Below are positions 9,947 to 17,954 of a stretch of DNA of 35,743 nt, in pieces. The position numbers and the translations under genes were made by a program. This stretch comes from a bacterium. Lineage in GTDB: Bacteria; Ratteibacteria; UBA8468; B48-G9; DTJG01. The stretch is from NCBI GenBank assembly GCA_026418655.1, contig JAOAAW010000195.1:1-35743 (forward strand). Reading direction: 5' to 3'. The notes beneath the pieces were generated by a model. That model searched no databases, was not told the origin of the DNA, and was given only the letters and a program-made list of their open reading frames with translations. Position 1 is the first letter of the stretch; the number at the start of each line of letters is the position of its first letter.

Positions 9947-11074
9947 TCATATCCTCTGTGCAACAAATTGCGCAATTTTTTCACTGACCTTTTGGTTGCC
10001 CAGGTGTTCCTTTAATTTTTCAAAGTGCTCTAACTGAATTTTTCTTTTTTCGCCTTCATTGTCAAAATTTTGCGAGAAAACCCTTTGAAATTTTAACCAG
10101 TTTACATTCTGAATAAATTCTTCAACAACTTTTCTTCCGCAGATGATATTTACTGGACTGACATAGTTCAATTGTACTATAATTCTCGCAATAATGTAAT
10201 TCAATCTGCTCATTCTGTAAAAAACAATCATCGGTGTTTTAAGCAGTGCAAGTTCAAGATTCATTGTGCCACTTGCTGCAAGTGCAATATGTGTGTGTCG
10301 GGCAATCTGATGGCAATAACCAGTCCAGACAGGACATTCAAAATTTTCTTTTTCCATAATCTGCTTTATCTGAGGAAAAAGTTTTTCTTCAGCGCAGGAT
10401 ATTACAAAAGAAACATTGTGATTTTTCTGTATCATTTTTGCCGCTTTTATCAAAAGGGGTAAAATGTGTTCTATTTCCTCTTTTCTGCTGCCAGGGAAAA
10501 GTCCAACAATGGTGTCCTTTTCACTTAATTTTGTTTTTTCAAAAAAGCTTTTATCAAATTTTGCTTCCTCAAACAAATCCAGCACAGGATGACCAAAATA
10601 AAAGGCTGGCACACCCTCTTTTTCAAAAAGTTTCTTTTCAAAAGGGAAAATTACAATAACCGCCTCAAAAAGATGTCTTATTAAAAAAACCCTCTGATAA
10701 CCATGTGCCCATATTTTGGGCGGAATATAGTAAATTTTTCTGAAACCCTGAATTTTTTTTGCCAGATTGAGATTAAATCCCGGGTTATCTATGAAAATAA
10801 TCAGGTCAGGATTTTCTTTTTTAATGGCAACTGCGCACTGATTTAAGAATTTTATGTGTTGTCTGATATTTTTAATAACTGAACTTATACCGAATGAACC
10901 CGGAAACGGATTTTCTGCAATGATTTTTATCCCGGAGTGTTTTAATTTTATTCCACCAGTACCCACTATCTCAACATCTGGTACCACTTTTTTCAGATGC
11001 AGGGCAAGCAGGGATGCATACTGGTCACCTGATATCTCTCCAGAGACAATGGCAATTTTAGGATGGTCTTTCAT
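9947..11074 (-). CDS. lpxB: Lipid-A-disaccharide synthase
   Basis: SGEISGD, FIDNPGFNL, YYIPPKIWA, FPFE, GHP, FPGSRKEEI, ASGTMNLELAL..PMIVFYR. Confidence 0.95.
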   Translation of the reverse strand: MKDHPKIAIVSGEISGDQYASLLALHLKKVVPDVEIVGTGGIKLKHSGIKIIAENPFPGSFGISSVIKNIRQHIKFLNQCAVAIKKENPDLIIFIDNPGFNLNLAKKIQGFRKIYYIPPKIWAHGYQRVFLIRHLFEAVIVIFPFEKKLFEKEGVPAFYFGHPVLDLFEEAKFDKSFFEKTKLSEKDTIVGLFPGSRKEEIEHILPLLIKAAKMIQKNHNVSFVISCAEEKLFPQIKQIMEKENFECPVWTGYCHQIARHTHIALAASGTMNLELALLKTPMIVFYRMSRLNYIIARIIVQLNYVSPVNIICGRKVVEEFIQNVNWLKFQRVFSQNFDNEGEKRKIQLEHFEKLKEHLGNQKVSEKIAQFVAQRI

Positions 11075-11085
11075 ACAGAGATATT

Positions 11086-12411
11086 TTATTTTTCTGCCAG
11101 AAATTCATCAAGCAGCTGTCCTGATGCCTTTACCAGCTGGTAATGAGCGATCTGATAATCGTAAAGCGCCTGATAGTAAGATGCCTTTGTCTGAAAAAGA
11201 TAGGTCTGAGCATCAAGTACATCTGTTGTTGTTGCAAGGCCTTCCTTTCTCAATAAATCAGTGACTCTTACATTTTCCTGTGCATCTTCTACGGCTTTTT
11301 CCATCACCCTGATTTTTTCCTGTGCTGAGATGAGATTTAAATAGGACGAGGTTATATCAAGTGAAATCAAGTTTATAATTTTTTGTTTCTGCGTTTCAAT
11401 CTGAGATATCTGTGCATCCATTGCTTTAATTTTTTTCTTTGTACTCTGCCAGTTCCAGATGTCAAAATTGGCCACCAGCACAGCAGTTATATTCTGATAC
11501 CAGCTATTCAAACCTGAAGATGTTCCTTTTTCACCCCTTAAAGAAAGAGCAAAGGCAATCTCTGGATAATAATCTGCTTTTATGATTTTTCTGGCGAGTT
11601 CAAGCGTGGCTTTGTTCCTTTCTATCTGTTTTATTTCTTCCCTTTTTTTTATTGCAATATTCTTCCATGTTTCAATGTCCTTTTCTTCCCATACTTTGGT
11701 CAGTGTATCCTGAAGGTTTATTTCACAGCTATAGGGGAAATTCAAAATTGTCTTGAAGTTTTCCTTGGCAAGGTTTATCATATTTTCTGTTTCAACGAGC
11801 TTTTGCTTTGCATCAGCAAGTGCCACTTCAGTTTTCAGTATATCTGCCTTTGTCGCAAGACCTGCTTCAAAAAGTTTTTTGACATTTGATAGATGTGCCT
11901 GTCTTTGATTCACAAGAGCCAAAGCTGCCTGACGAAAATTTGACGCCTTCAATATTGAAAAGTATGCCTGTATTACCTGAAAGATGATATTCTGCTGGGT
12001 AATAAGTTTCTCACCATTGGCGATTTCAATTTCCTGTTTTTTTATTTCATATTGCGAAGTCAAGGCGCCTCCGGTAAAAACAGGTTGTGTCAGGGTTAAG
12101 CCCGCATTATAGATATCGTTCTTGCTCATTTCTATTTTTATAGGCATGCCTGGAACTGAAATTGAAGGTACTTTATCAAGTCTTGTGTATGAAAAATTAC
12201 CAGAAATTTGCGGAAAAAACTTTGTTTTTGAATCCTCTTTTTCCCACTGTTTCTGAATGATTTTTTGTTCAGATGTCCTGATATCAAGATTGTTCTCAAG
12301 CGCTATTTTCACACTATCCTGAAGTGTAAAAATCCTTTCCTGCCTTTCCTGACAATGGATACAGGCAACAAAAAATAATAAAACCAGCACAGTCGGAATA
12401 AACTTTTTCAT
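11086..12411 (-). CDS. TolC-family outer membrane efflux protein
   Basis: Signal peptide; LQDSVKIALENNLDI, LTQPVFTGG, two helical repeats ending FEAGLATKADIL and KEGLATTTDVLDAQ. Confidence 0.93.
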   Translation of the reverse strand: MKKFIPTVLVLLFFVACIHCQERQERIFTLQDSVKIALENNLDIRTSEQKIIQKQWEKEDSKTKFFPQISGNFSYTRLDKVPSISVPGMPIKIEMSKNDIYNAGLTLTQPVFTGGALTSQYEIKKQEIEIANGEKLITQQNIIFQVIQAYFSILKASNFRQAALALVNQRQAHLSNVKKLFEAGLATKADILKTEVALADAKQKLVETENMINLAKENFKTILNFPYSCEINLQDTLTKVWEEKDIETWKNIAIKKREEIKQIERNKATLELARKIIKADYYPEIAFALSLRGEKGTSSGLNSWYQNITAVLVANFDIWNWQSTKKKIKAMDAQISQIETQKQKIINLISLDITSSYLNLISAQEKIRVMEKAVEDAQENVRVTDLLRKEGLATTTDVLDAQTYLFQTKASYYQALYDYQIAHYQLVKASGQLLDEFLAEK

Positions 12412-12421
12412 TCAGTTATCC

Positions 12422-12458
12422 TTGTATTGAAACACGATACAAACAGAAAAATTCTGTT
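12422..12458. promoter_or_regulatory. Two adjacent inverted repeats in the tolC leader (possible operator or RNA hairpins)
   Basis: TTGTATTG-aaaca-CGATACAA (12422-12442, 7/8 match) and AACAGAA-aaa-TTCTGTT (12442-12458), between the promoter and the start codon. Confidence 0.4.
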
Positions 12459-12462
12459 GTTT

Positions 12463-12490
12463 ATTCTATCCCATGCAGGATTTTTGTCAA
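12463..12490 (-). promoter_or_regulatory. Sigma70 promoter for tolC-lpxB-msbA
   Basis: Minus strand TTGACA-N16-TAGAAT. Confidence 0.7.
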
Positions 12491-12591
12491 TTGTGTGGAT
12501 ATTTTCTCAGCGTACCTGAAGAAAGAAAAAATCATAACTGCATGGCAACTGTGCCCTTATAAACAATCAGTTCTGTATCCTGCCTCAGAAG

Positions 12592-12867
12592 TTACTTTCT
12601 GATAGAATTAGAAATTTTTCTTCTTATACCCGGAAAAACTACCAGAACAGGTATCGCAAATATCATTCCTGCCAGCAAAATGCCTGTTGCGATGGAAAGA
12701 TGTGCAAAAACATATGCTGGCATAAGAATGATTCTTGTTAAACTCTGCAAAATCCCATTTTCTGCAATAAATTGTGCTATTACCGGAGAATGTTTATAGT
12801 AAAATCTAACAAATGCCTTTCCCGGTTTTGGCTGTATATCCTTGATTATTTTTCGTATGCCTGTATC
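12592..12867 (-). pseudogene. Start-less fragment of a CFI-box-CTERM protein-sorting domain
   Basis: Stop-free frame reading ...PKPGKAFVRFYYKHSPVIAQFIAENGILQSLTRIILMPAYVFAHLSIATGILLAGMIFAIPVLVVFPGIRRKISNSIRK*. This matches the recalled second half of CFI-box-CTERM (G.AFV.FYY.hSP.IA.FIA), followed by a TM segment and basic tail. The CFIATAA box and a canonical start upstream of the motif are absent. Confidence 0.7.
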
Positions 12868-15839
12868 TCAGCCACATAAAGGCCCTTTGTTACAATTAGG
12901 CGAATACTTGATGTTTTAATCTGTGGAAAGGTGTGAACTACTTTTTCTTTTTTATTGCCGGTGTTTTTAAGAAGGGTGGTCCAATTCTTCCCCTGCTGAT
13001 ACTGGATTTCATAGTCAGAAAGGACATTGACAGGGTCAGGATAGTACCTTGGAAGCCAGGATATCATTTCTATCCTTCCTATGGTCACTTCTTCCGGGAA
13101 ATCTATCTGTAACCAGTCATTTTTCCAGGTTTCCTTCAATCTTTTTATCCAGATTTCATCATCTTCTCTCACTGGTCCAGCATTTGGTCCCCATCTTCTT
13201 GTAAACCAGCAGGTTCTTATATCACCATCAATCGCAAAGACAGGAGAATCCTTAAAACTGTGGTATGTCCAGCTGGATGAAATCTTTGCACCATTTCCTT
13301 CCCAGCAGAGATTCTTCGGGTTTTTATCTTTTTTGGGCTCACTGGCAAAAAGTGGGTCTTTCAACATTTTTTCCATTATCAGGGTGCCTTTTGAAATATC
13401 TCTATCAGTGTAAATATGGACACCAAAAGGTTCAAAAGTATCAGTAAAACAATTTTTTTGCAAGGTCAATGAACGGTTTTCTGAAACAACATTCAGGATT
13501 TTTATGTTTTTGCCTTTCAGAGAAAAACGCGCTGTTGATTTTTGTGGAGAATCATTTGCAGCAATAATAAAAACATTGTTCAGATGTTTCAGAATTTTTG
13601 TTGAGATTTTTTCATTATTAACAGAAACAACCGTATCTGGTTTTTCTTCTGAAACAAGTATATCATGAAGATAGTTCATTTCGCCTGCCAGTGCCCGCAA
13701 CATCTCCCATGCAGCAGGATTAAGATTGGGATTGGCATAATCATGAAACCATGACCAGAACAGAAATCCTTTAGCGCCTTCTATAATTGAACGATAGACA
13801 GTATACCGTTGCTCTTTTAGATAGGGCATCCTTCCAGGGAATATCTCACCGGGGTGAAACCTTTGTTCCCATGCTCTCATATCAAATATTTGAGGATCAA
13901 CCCAGACAGGCTGTTTAGTCCCGCCTATCTCAACTGCTGCCTTCACCTTTTCTATAACTCCCATAAGACGTCTTGAGTTCAAATCCGGGTTATCATAATT
14001 TGGATAGAGATAAGGATTTATTCCAAGGATGTCATTAAAAGAACGGAATATCTCCTGATAATATGCACCGGGACTTGTAACTACTGGTGTTACAGGATGA
14101 TACGGGTCTATTTTCTTCATTTTCTGGTATCCTTTTATAAGCCCTTCCAATGACCAGTTTGGATGTATCTCAGGTTCATCTCCAAAGAAGTAAGCCAGAA
14201 GAACAGGGCTGTTTTTCAATCTTTCAACTGTTTTCAATCCATCTTCAAGATATTTTTCCTTTTCCTTGATACACCATGGTTCCCAGACATTGAAATCATA
14301 ACAAAATAGTTTCAGGTTCCTTTTTGATAGCTCTTTCAGCCATGTTTCATCGGATGAAGTATCAGAAATAGTGTTAAATCCAGCAGAAGCAATGGCATCA
14401 AGGTCTCCTGTTTTGGCTGTCCAGGGATTTACTCCATGAAGACCGATAGGGAAAAATCTCTTTCCGTTTACAACAAGGACTCCATCTTCAGCAATTCTTA
14501 CTTCACTGGGTGAAGCCGGGTATCGGAAAAAGCTTATATGGTTTTCATCAATCTTTTTGCCTTCAAGAAAAAGAGACACATTTAGGGTGTATTGTCCGTA
14601 TGGGAAATTTTTTGTGTCAAAGGCAATGGAATTACCTGATGTTCTCATTGGAGATAATTTTTCTTTTTCCAACAATTTTTTCTCATCTTTGTCAATGACA
14701 GCATAACTATACTTCAATTTCTTCAACAGCGATTCGTCGCAGTTGATATTAAGGATGGCTCGCAAAACTTTGTCTTTCATTGTAGCGTAGAATGCATTCC
14801 TGTATGATGGATATTTTAATATAAGATTTGAGACAGTGCTCTGTGAGGAAATAGTTTTCCAGAATATTTTTAATGGCTCATCCGTCTGGTTTTTTATCTG
14901 AACGCAAACCTGATATCTATCTGGAGCAGCACCTGTAAACGGGATTGAAAAATACATTGCTTTTCCTGGTTCCATAAATATCTTTTTCTTTTCCTGGTAG
15001 GTTTTTCCTGTGGTCGTGGAAAAGATGTTTATTGTAAGATTGTTTTCCTGTTTCTTTCCGCTCATGTTGTGTATTTTCCCCTTCACCTGCACAACCTGCT
15101 GTCCATCTGCTGTAAGGAATCCTTCTGCCTTGAGATCTTCCACAGTATAGCAATACTTTGAAAAATCCACATTAAGCCCGAGAATCACACCAAATTTCTC
15201 TGGAATATGAAATCCATCTATTGTCGGAAACGCCTGACTTAAAGAATCCGCAAAACCAGGCATATTTCTACAAAAGTTAATGCCCCATATCGAACCTGTT
15301 TCTGGCGTGATATCAAAAATTGCATAGGGAAGAGCCATTTCAAGATACCAGGCATTCTTATCAATCTTTGTTTTCAATGGAAATTCAGCATTCCATTCCG
15401 CATTATATACACTGCCTGCCCTGTAGCCAAATGCATCGTAGTATACACCATTGCTATTAATCATAAAATGATAATAGTCAGATTTGGTTCTTCCGGGGTC
15501 AATAAAAATTTCAACACTATCATCCAAGCAAATTTCCTGGTCTCTTTTTGTACAGGTCGTTTTCATCTTTGAGATGTCTGGATGCCTGCATTCAAAAGCA
15601 ATATACAGAGCATTATCATCATAAAGTAGATACACAGTAGTCCATTGTTTTGAAATTGGTTTACCCTTTAATGTAACAAATGTGTCAATTTTTGCAGCAT
15701 TTTTCCATAGTTCTTCAAGATCGCCATCAATAACAGGTGGTTTATGTGTTTTTATTGCCCTGACAATATTTTCTTCTGTCGCAGCAAATATTCTAAAGGT
15801 AGATAAAAGAAACAACACAGCCACAATTATCCTGAACAT
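12846..15839 (-). CDS. Secreted modular protein: CBM9-like sugar-binding domain + Ig-like + glycoside-hydrolase-like TIM barrel + F5/8C (discoidin) domain
   Basis: Signal peptide; PPVIDGDL..W, YDDNALYIAF, DDSVEIFIDP, YYHFMIN, WYLEMALP, WGINFCRN (CBM9-like); VNGKRFFPIGLH, AGFNT, GDEPE, DPYHP, GAKGFLFW (TIM barrel); FAIDGD..TCW, WLQIDF, IRL (discoidin). Confidence 0.8.
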   Translation of the reverse strand: MFRIIVAVLFLLSTFRIFAATEENIVRAIKTHKPPVIDGDLEELWKNAAKIDTFVTLKGKPISKQWTTVYLLYDDNALYIAFECRHPDISKMKTTCTKRDQEICLDDSVEIFIDPGRTKSDYYHFMINSNGVYYDAFGYRAGSVYNAEWNAEFPLKTKIDKNAWYLEMALPYAIFDITPETGSIWGINFCRNMPGFADSLSQAFPTIDGFHIPEKFGVILGLNVDFSKYCYTVEDLKAEGFLTADGQQVVQVKGKIHNMSGKKQENNLTINIFSTTTGKTYQEKKKIFMEPGKAMYFSIPFTGAAPDRYQVCVQIKNQTDEPLKIFWKTISSQSTVSNLILKYPSYRNAFYATMKDKVLRAILNINCDESLLKKLKYSYAVIDKDEKKLLEKEKLSPMRTSGNSIAFDTKNFPYGQYTLNVSLFLEGKKIDENHISFFRYPASPSEVRIAEDGVLVVNGKRFFPIGLHGVNPWTAKTGDLDAIASAGFNTISDTSSDETWLKELSKRNLKLFCYDFNVWEPWCIKEKEKYLEDGLKTVERLKNSPVLLAYFFGDEPEIHPNWSLEGLIKGYQKMKKIDPYHPVTPVVTSPGAYYQEIFRSFNDILGINPYLYPNYDNPDLNSRRLMGVIEKVKAAVEIGGTKQPVWVDPQIFDMRAWEQRFHPGEIFPGRMPYLKEQRYTVYRSIIEGAKGFLFWSWFHDYANPNLNPAAWEMLRALAGEMNYLHDILVSEEKPDTVVSVNNEKISTKILKHLNNVFIIAANDSPQKSTARFSLKGKNIKILNVVSENRSLTLQKNCFTDTFEPFGVHIYTDRDISKGTLIMEKMLKDPLFASEPKKDKNPKNLCWEGNGAKISSSWTYHSFKDSPVFAIDGDIRTCWFTRRWGPNAGPVREDDEIWIKRLKETWKNDWLQIDFPEEVTIGRIEMISWLPRYYPDPVNVLSDYEIQYQQGKNWTTLLKNTGNKKEKVVHTFPQIKTSSIRLIVTKGLYVAEIQAYEK

Positions 15840-15851
15840 CTCGTCCCCCGG

Positions 15852-17954
15852 TTAATTTCTTTCGGCTGACAAAAGTGAAAGTGCGGCAAAAACAGGTCCC
15901 TGTGTCATTCCGCCACCTTCACATGTTGACCAGCCAATTGAATAGCCATTGCCATAACCATCAACATCAAAACCACGAAAATAGGGATAATCATTTCCAA
16001 GGCCAGGCACTTCAATTCCTCTTAATCCAAGCGGCATAAATCCTGGAATTTGTTTCAGCCCTGACTTATTATCAAAAAGGTCAGCCAGATGTTGTGATGA
16101 ACTTCTGTATCCTGAACCGCCCATAAAACTGACACCCACTGGGTTCCTTCCAAAGAGCCATTGTATCTGGCGTTCTGCGATTTTTGTATATCTATGCGTT
16201 TTCAGGATTCTGTTTGCAAGAAAACAGACAATTGCGACATATCCAAAATAGGCATTTGTTCCATGTCCATTTATGGCAGTGACAAGGTTTCTGGGTCTGA
16301 CTTTTTTGTACTCCATCATGTGTCCAAAAGGAGAACATCCTGTCAGTCGCTCTATCCAGGGCATAAATCTCTTGTAGGAATTTTCTATTTTTTTCCGTAA
16401 AGGATCGTCCGGAAATATTTCTGCATATTCAAACAGGGCAATCTGCGGATAAAACCCTGCAAGGTATATGGCACTTGCTTCAATTCCACTAGCAGGAAAA
16501 AATCCATCTTTTTCCTGATAATTTAAAATTCTTTCAATATGTATTCTGGCTTCTTCTCTGTATTCTTCACTTCCAGTGTAGTGCGCTATATTAAGGGCAC
16601 TCAGGGCAAGTGTTCCATATACGCTGACTGTAAAATTCTCACCGGCGTCCGGACTTTTGTAGAAGTTGTGCATTTTTATTGCTGCATCAATACATTTTTC
16701 TGCGTTTTTGGGTTCCTGCTGTTTTACCATAATGGCAAACTTTGCAATCGCTGCTGCAAAAAGTCGTGTGTACCAGGGTATCCAGGTGCTTTTATCAGGA
16801 TGTCTGTAATAGTGATGAATCTTTGGGTCTGAATATGCAAGATACATCTGTGTCAGGAAAAATCTGCCATCTTCTGCCTGCTTAATGCCAGAGACATGAG
16901 TGCTGACATTCGCATTTCCTCTTTCATCCACCGCGCTCAAAAAAAATTCCACTGTATAACGCGCCTCCTCCAGAGCATCTGGCAAAGGTCCACCTAAAAA
17001 AAACCATTTTCTTGGTGCGAGCCAGTGTCCGAGAAGTAAACAATAAAGATTTGTAACTATATTGGTACTATGACGTTCCCAGTTTCCGCCATCGTGCCAG
17101 CCCTTTGTTATTTTTGCTGGTTCATTAAGTTTCACAAGATTATCTTCATCAGGAGCATGCCAGTTTTTGCAGCCAGGTGCTGGTTGATAAAGAATTGGTC
17201 CATCATTGCAGCCATTCCTCCATGGAAGTTTTTGGCCGCAACGGTGATTGAAAAAACCCTGTAATGAAAGCCGTAACATTTTCAGATAAACATTTTTATT
17301 TATATCAAATTGATGGCTTTCTGCTTTTGTCCCATCAGGAAAATATACCCTTAAAAGGTATGTGCCATCTTTTTTTATTGAAGAAAAATCAGCAGTCCAC
17401 CAGTATCTTTTCCAGGCATATGCTCTGTGTCTTTTCATGGTTCCACAATAAACCTTTTTTCCTGTTATAGTGTTCAGAACCACAAATTTACCACAAGGGT
17501 AGTCCTTAAGTGTCCATATCACAACGCTTTTTTCAGATTCAGGATGATAACCAATCTGACAATCCTTGAATGCAACCGGCTCTTTTCCAAGAAATTCATC
17601 ATACTCTGCGGTTATACTTATATCTACACCTGATTGTTCAAGTTCTTCCACTGCCCTCAAAATTTTTAGTGCCTCTCTGTTTCGGGGTGCCTTTTTAAGT
17701 ACCTTTTCGCAATACTGTTTGCAATTTACCAGAAAATATGGTGAATTTAATACTTTAGATTTATGATAATCCACAAGGGCATGTAGCAGATTGCCTTCAA
17801 CACTGTTTGGGTCTTCAAGGCATATGGTTCTTGCTGCCAGCCATGCACGGTTATAATCATTTTTTTCTAAAAATTTAATACCTTCATTCCAGGCGTTTTT
17901 TATTCTGAGTGGCTTTGCTTCATATGTTTTCATAAACTTTATCTCTTCAACCAT
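15852..17954 (-). CDS. Divergent glycoside hydrolase family 9-like protein with N-terminal TPR-like repeats, no signal peptide
   Basis: CQIGYHP..EKSVV and ADFSSIKKDGTY..SHQFDI (GH9 N-terminal Ig-like), FFNHRCG, GWHDGGN (GH9 GWxDAGD site), WLFGRNPVGVSFMGGSG, WSTCEG (catalytic-acid region). Confidence 0.75.
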   Translation of the reverse strand: MVEEIKFMKTYEAKPLRIKNAWNEGIKFLEKNDYNRAWLAARTICLEDPNSVEGNLLHALVDYHKSKVLNSPYFLVNCKQYCEKVLKKAPRNREALKILRAVEELEQSGVDISITAEYDEFLGKEPVAFKDCQIGYHPESEKSVVIWTLKDYPCGKFVVLNTITGKKVYCGTMKRHRAYAWKRYWWTADFSSIKKDGTYLLRVYFPDGTKAESHQFDINKNVYLKMLRLSLQGFFNHRCGQKLPWRNGCNDGPILYQPAPGCKNWHAPDEDNLVKLNEPAKITKGWHDGGNWERHSTNIVTNLYCLLLGHWLAPRKWFFLGGPLPDALEEARYTVEFFLSAVDERGNANVSTHVSGIKQAEDGRFFLTQMYLAYSDPKIHHYYRHPDKSTWIPWYTRLFAAAIAKFAIMVKQQEPKNAEKCIDAAIKMHNFYKSPDAGENFTVSVYGTLALSALNIAHYTGSEEYREEARIHIERILNYQEKDGFFPASGIEASAIYLAGFYPQIALFEYAEIFPDDPLRKKIENSYKRFMPWIERLTGCSPFGHMMEYKKVRPRNLVTAINGHGTNAYFGYVAIVCFLANRILKTHRYTKIAERQIQWLFGRNPVGVSFMGGSGYRSSSQHLADLFDNKSGLKQIPGFMPLGLRGIEVPGLGNDYPYFRGFDVDGYGNGYSIGWSTCEGGGMTQGPVFAALSLLSAERN

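Noticed and set aside
12491-12591. Weak hairpins as a terminator for the locus
   Set aside because: Stems are short or imperfect (for example GGCA-actg-TGCC) and lack a convincing adjacent U-tract.
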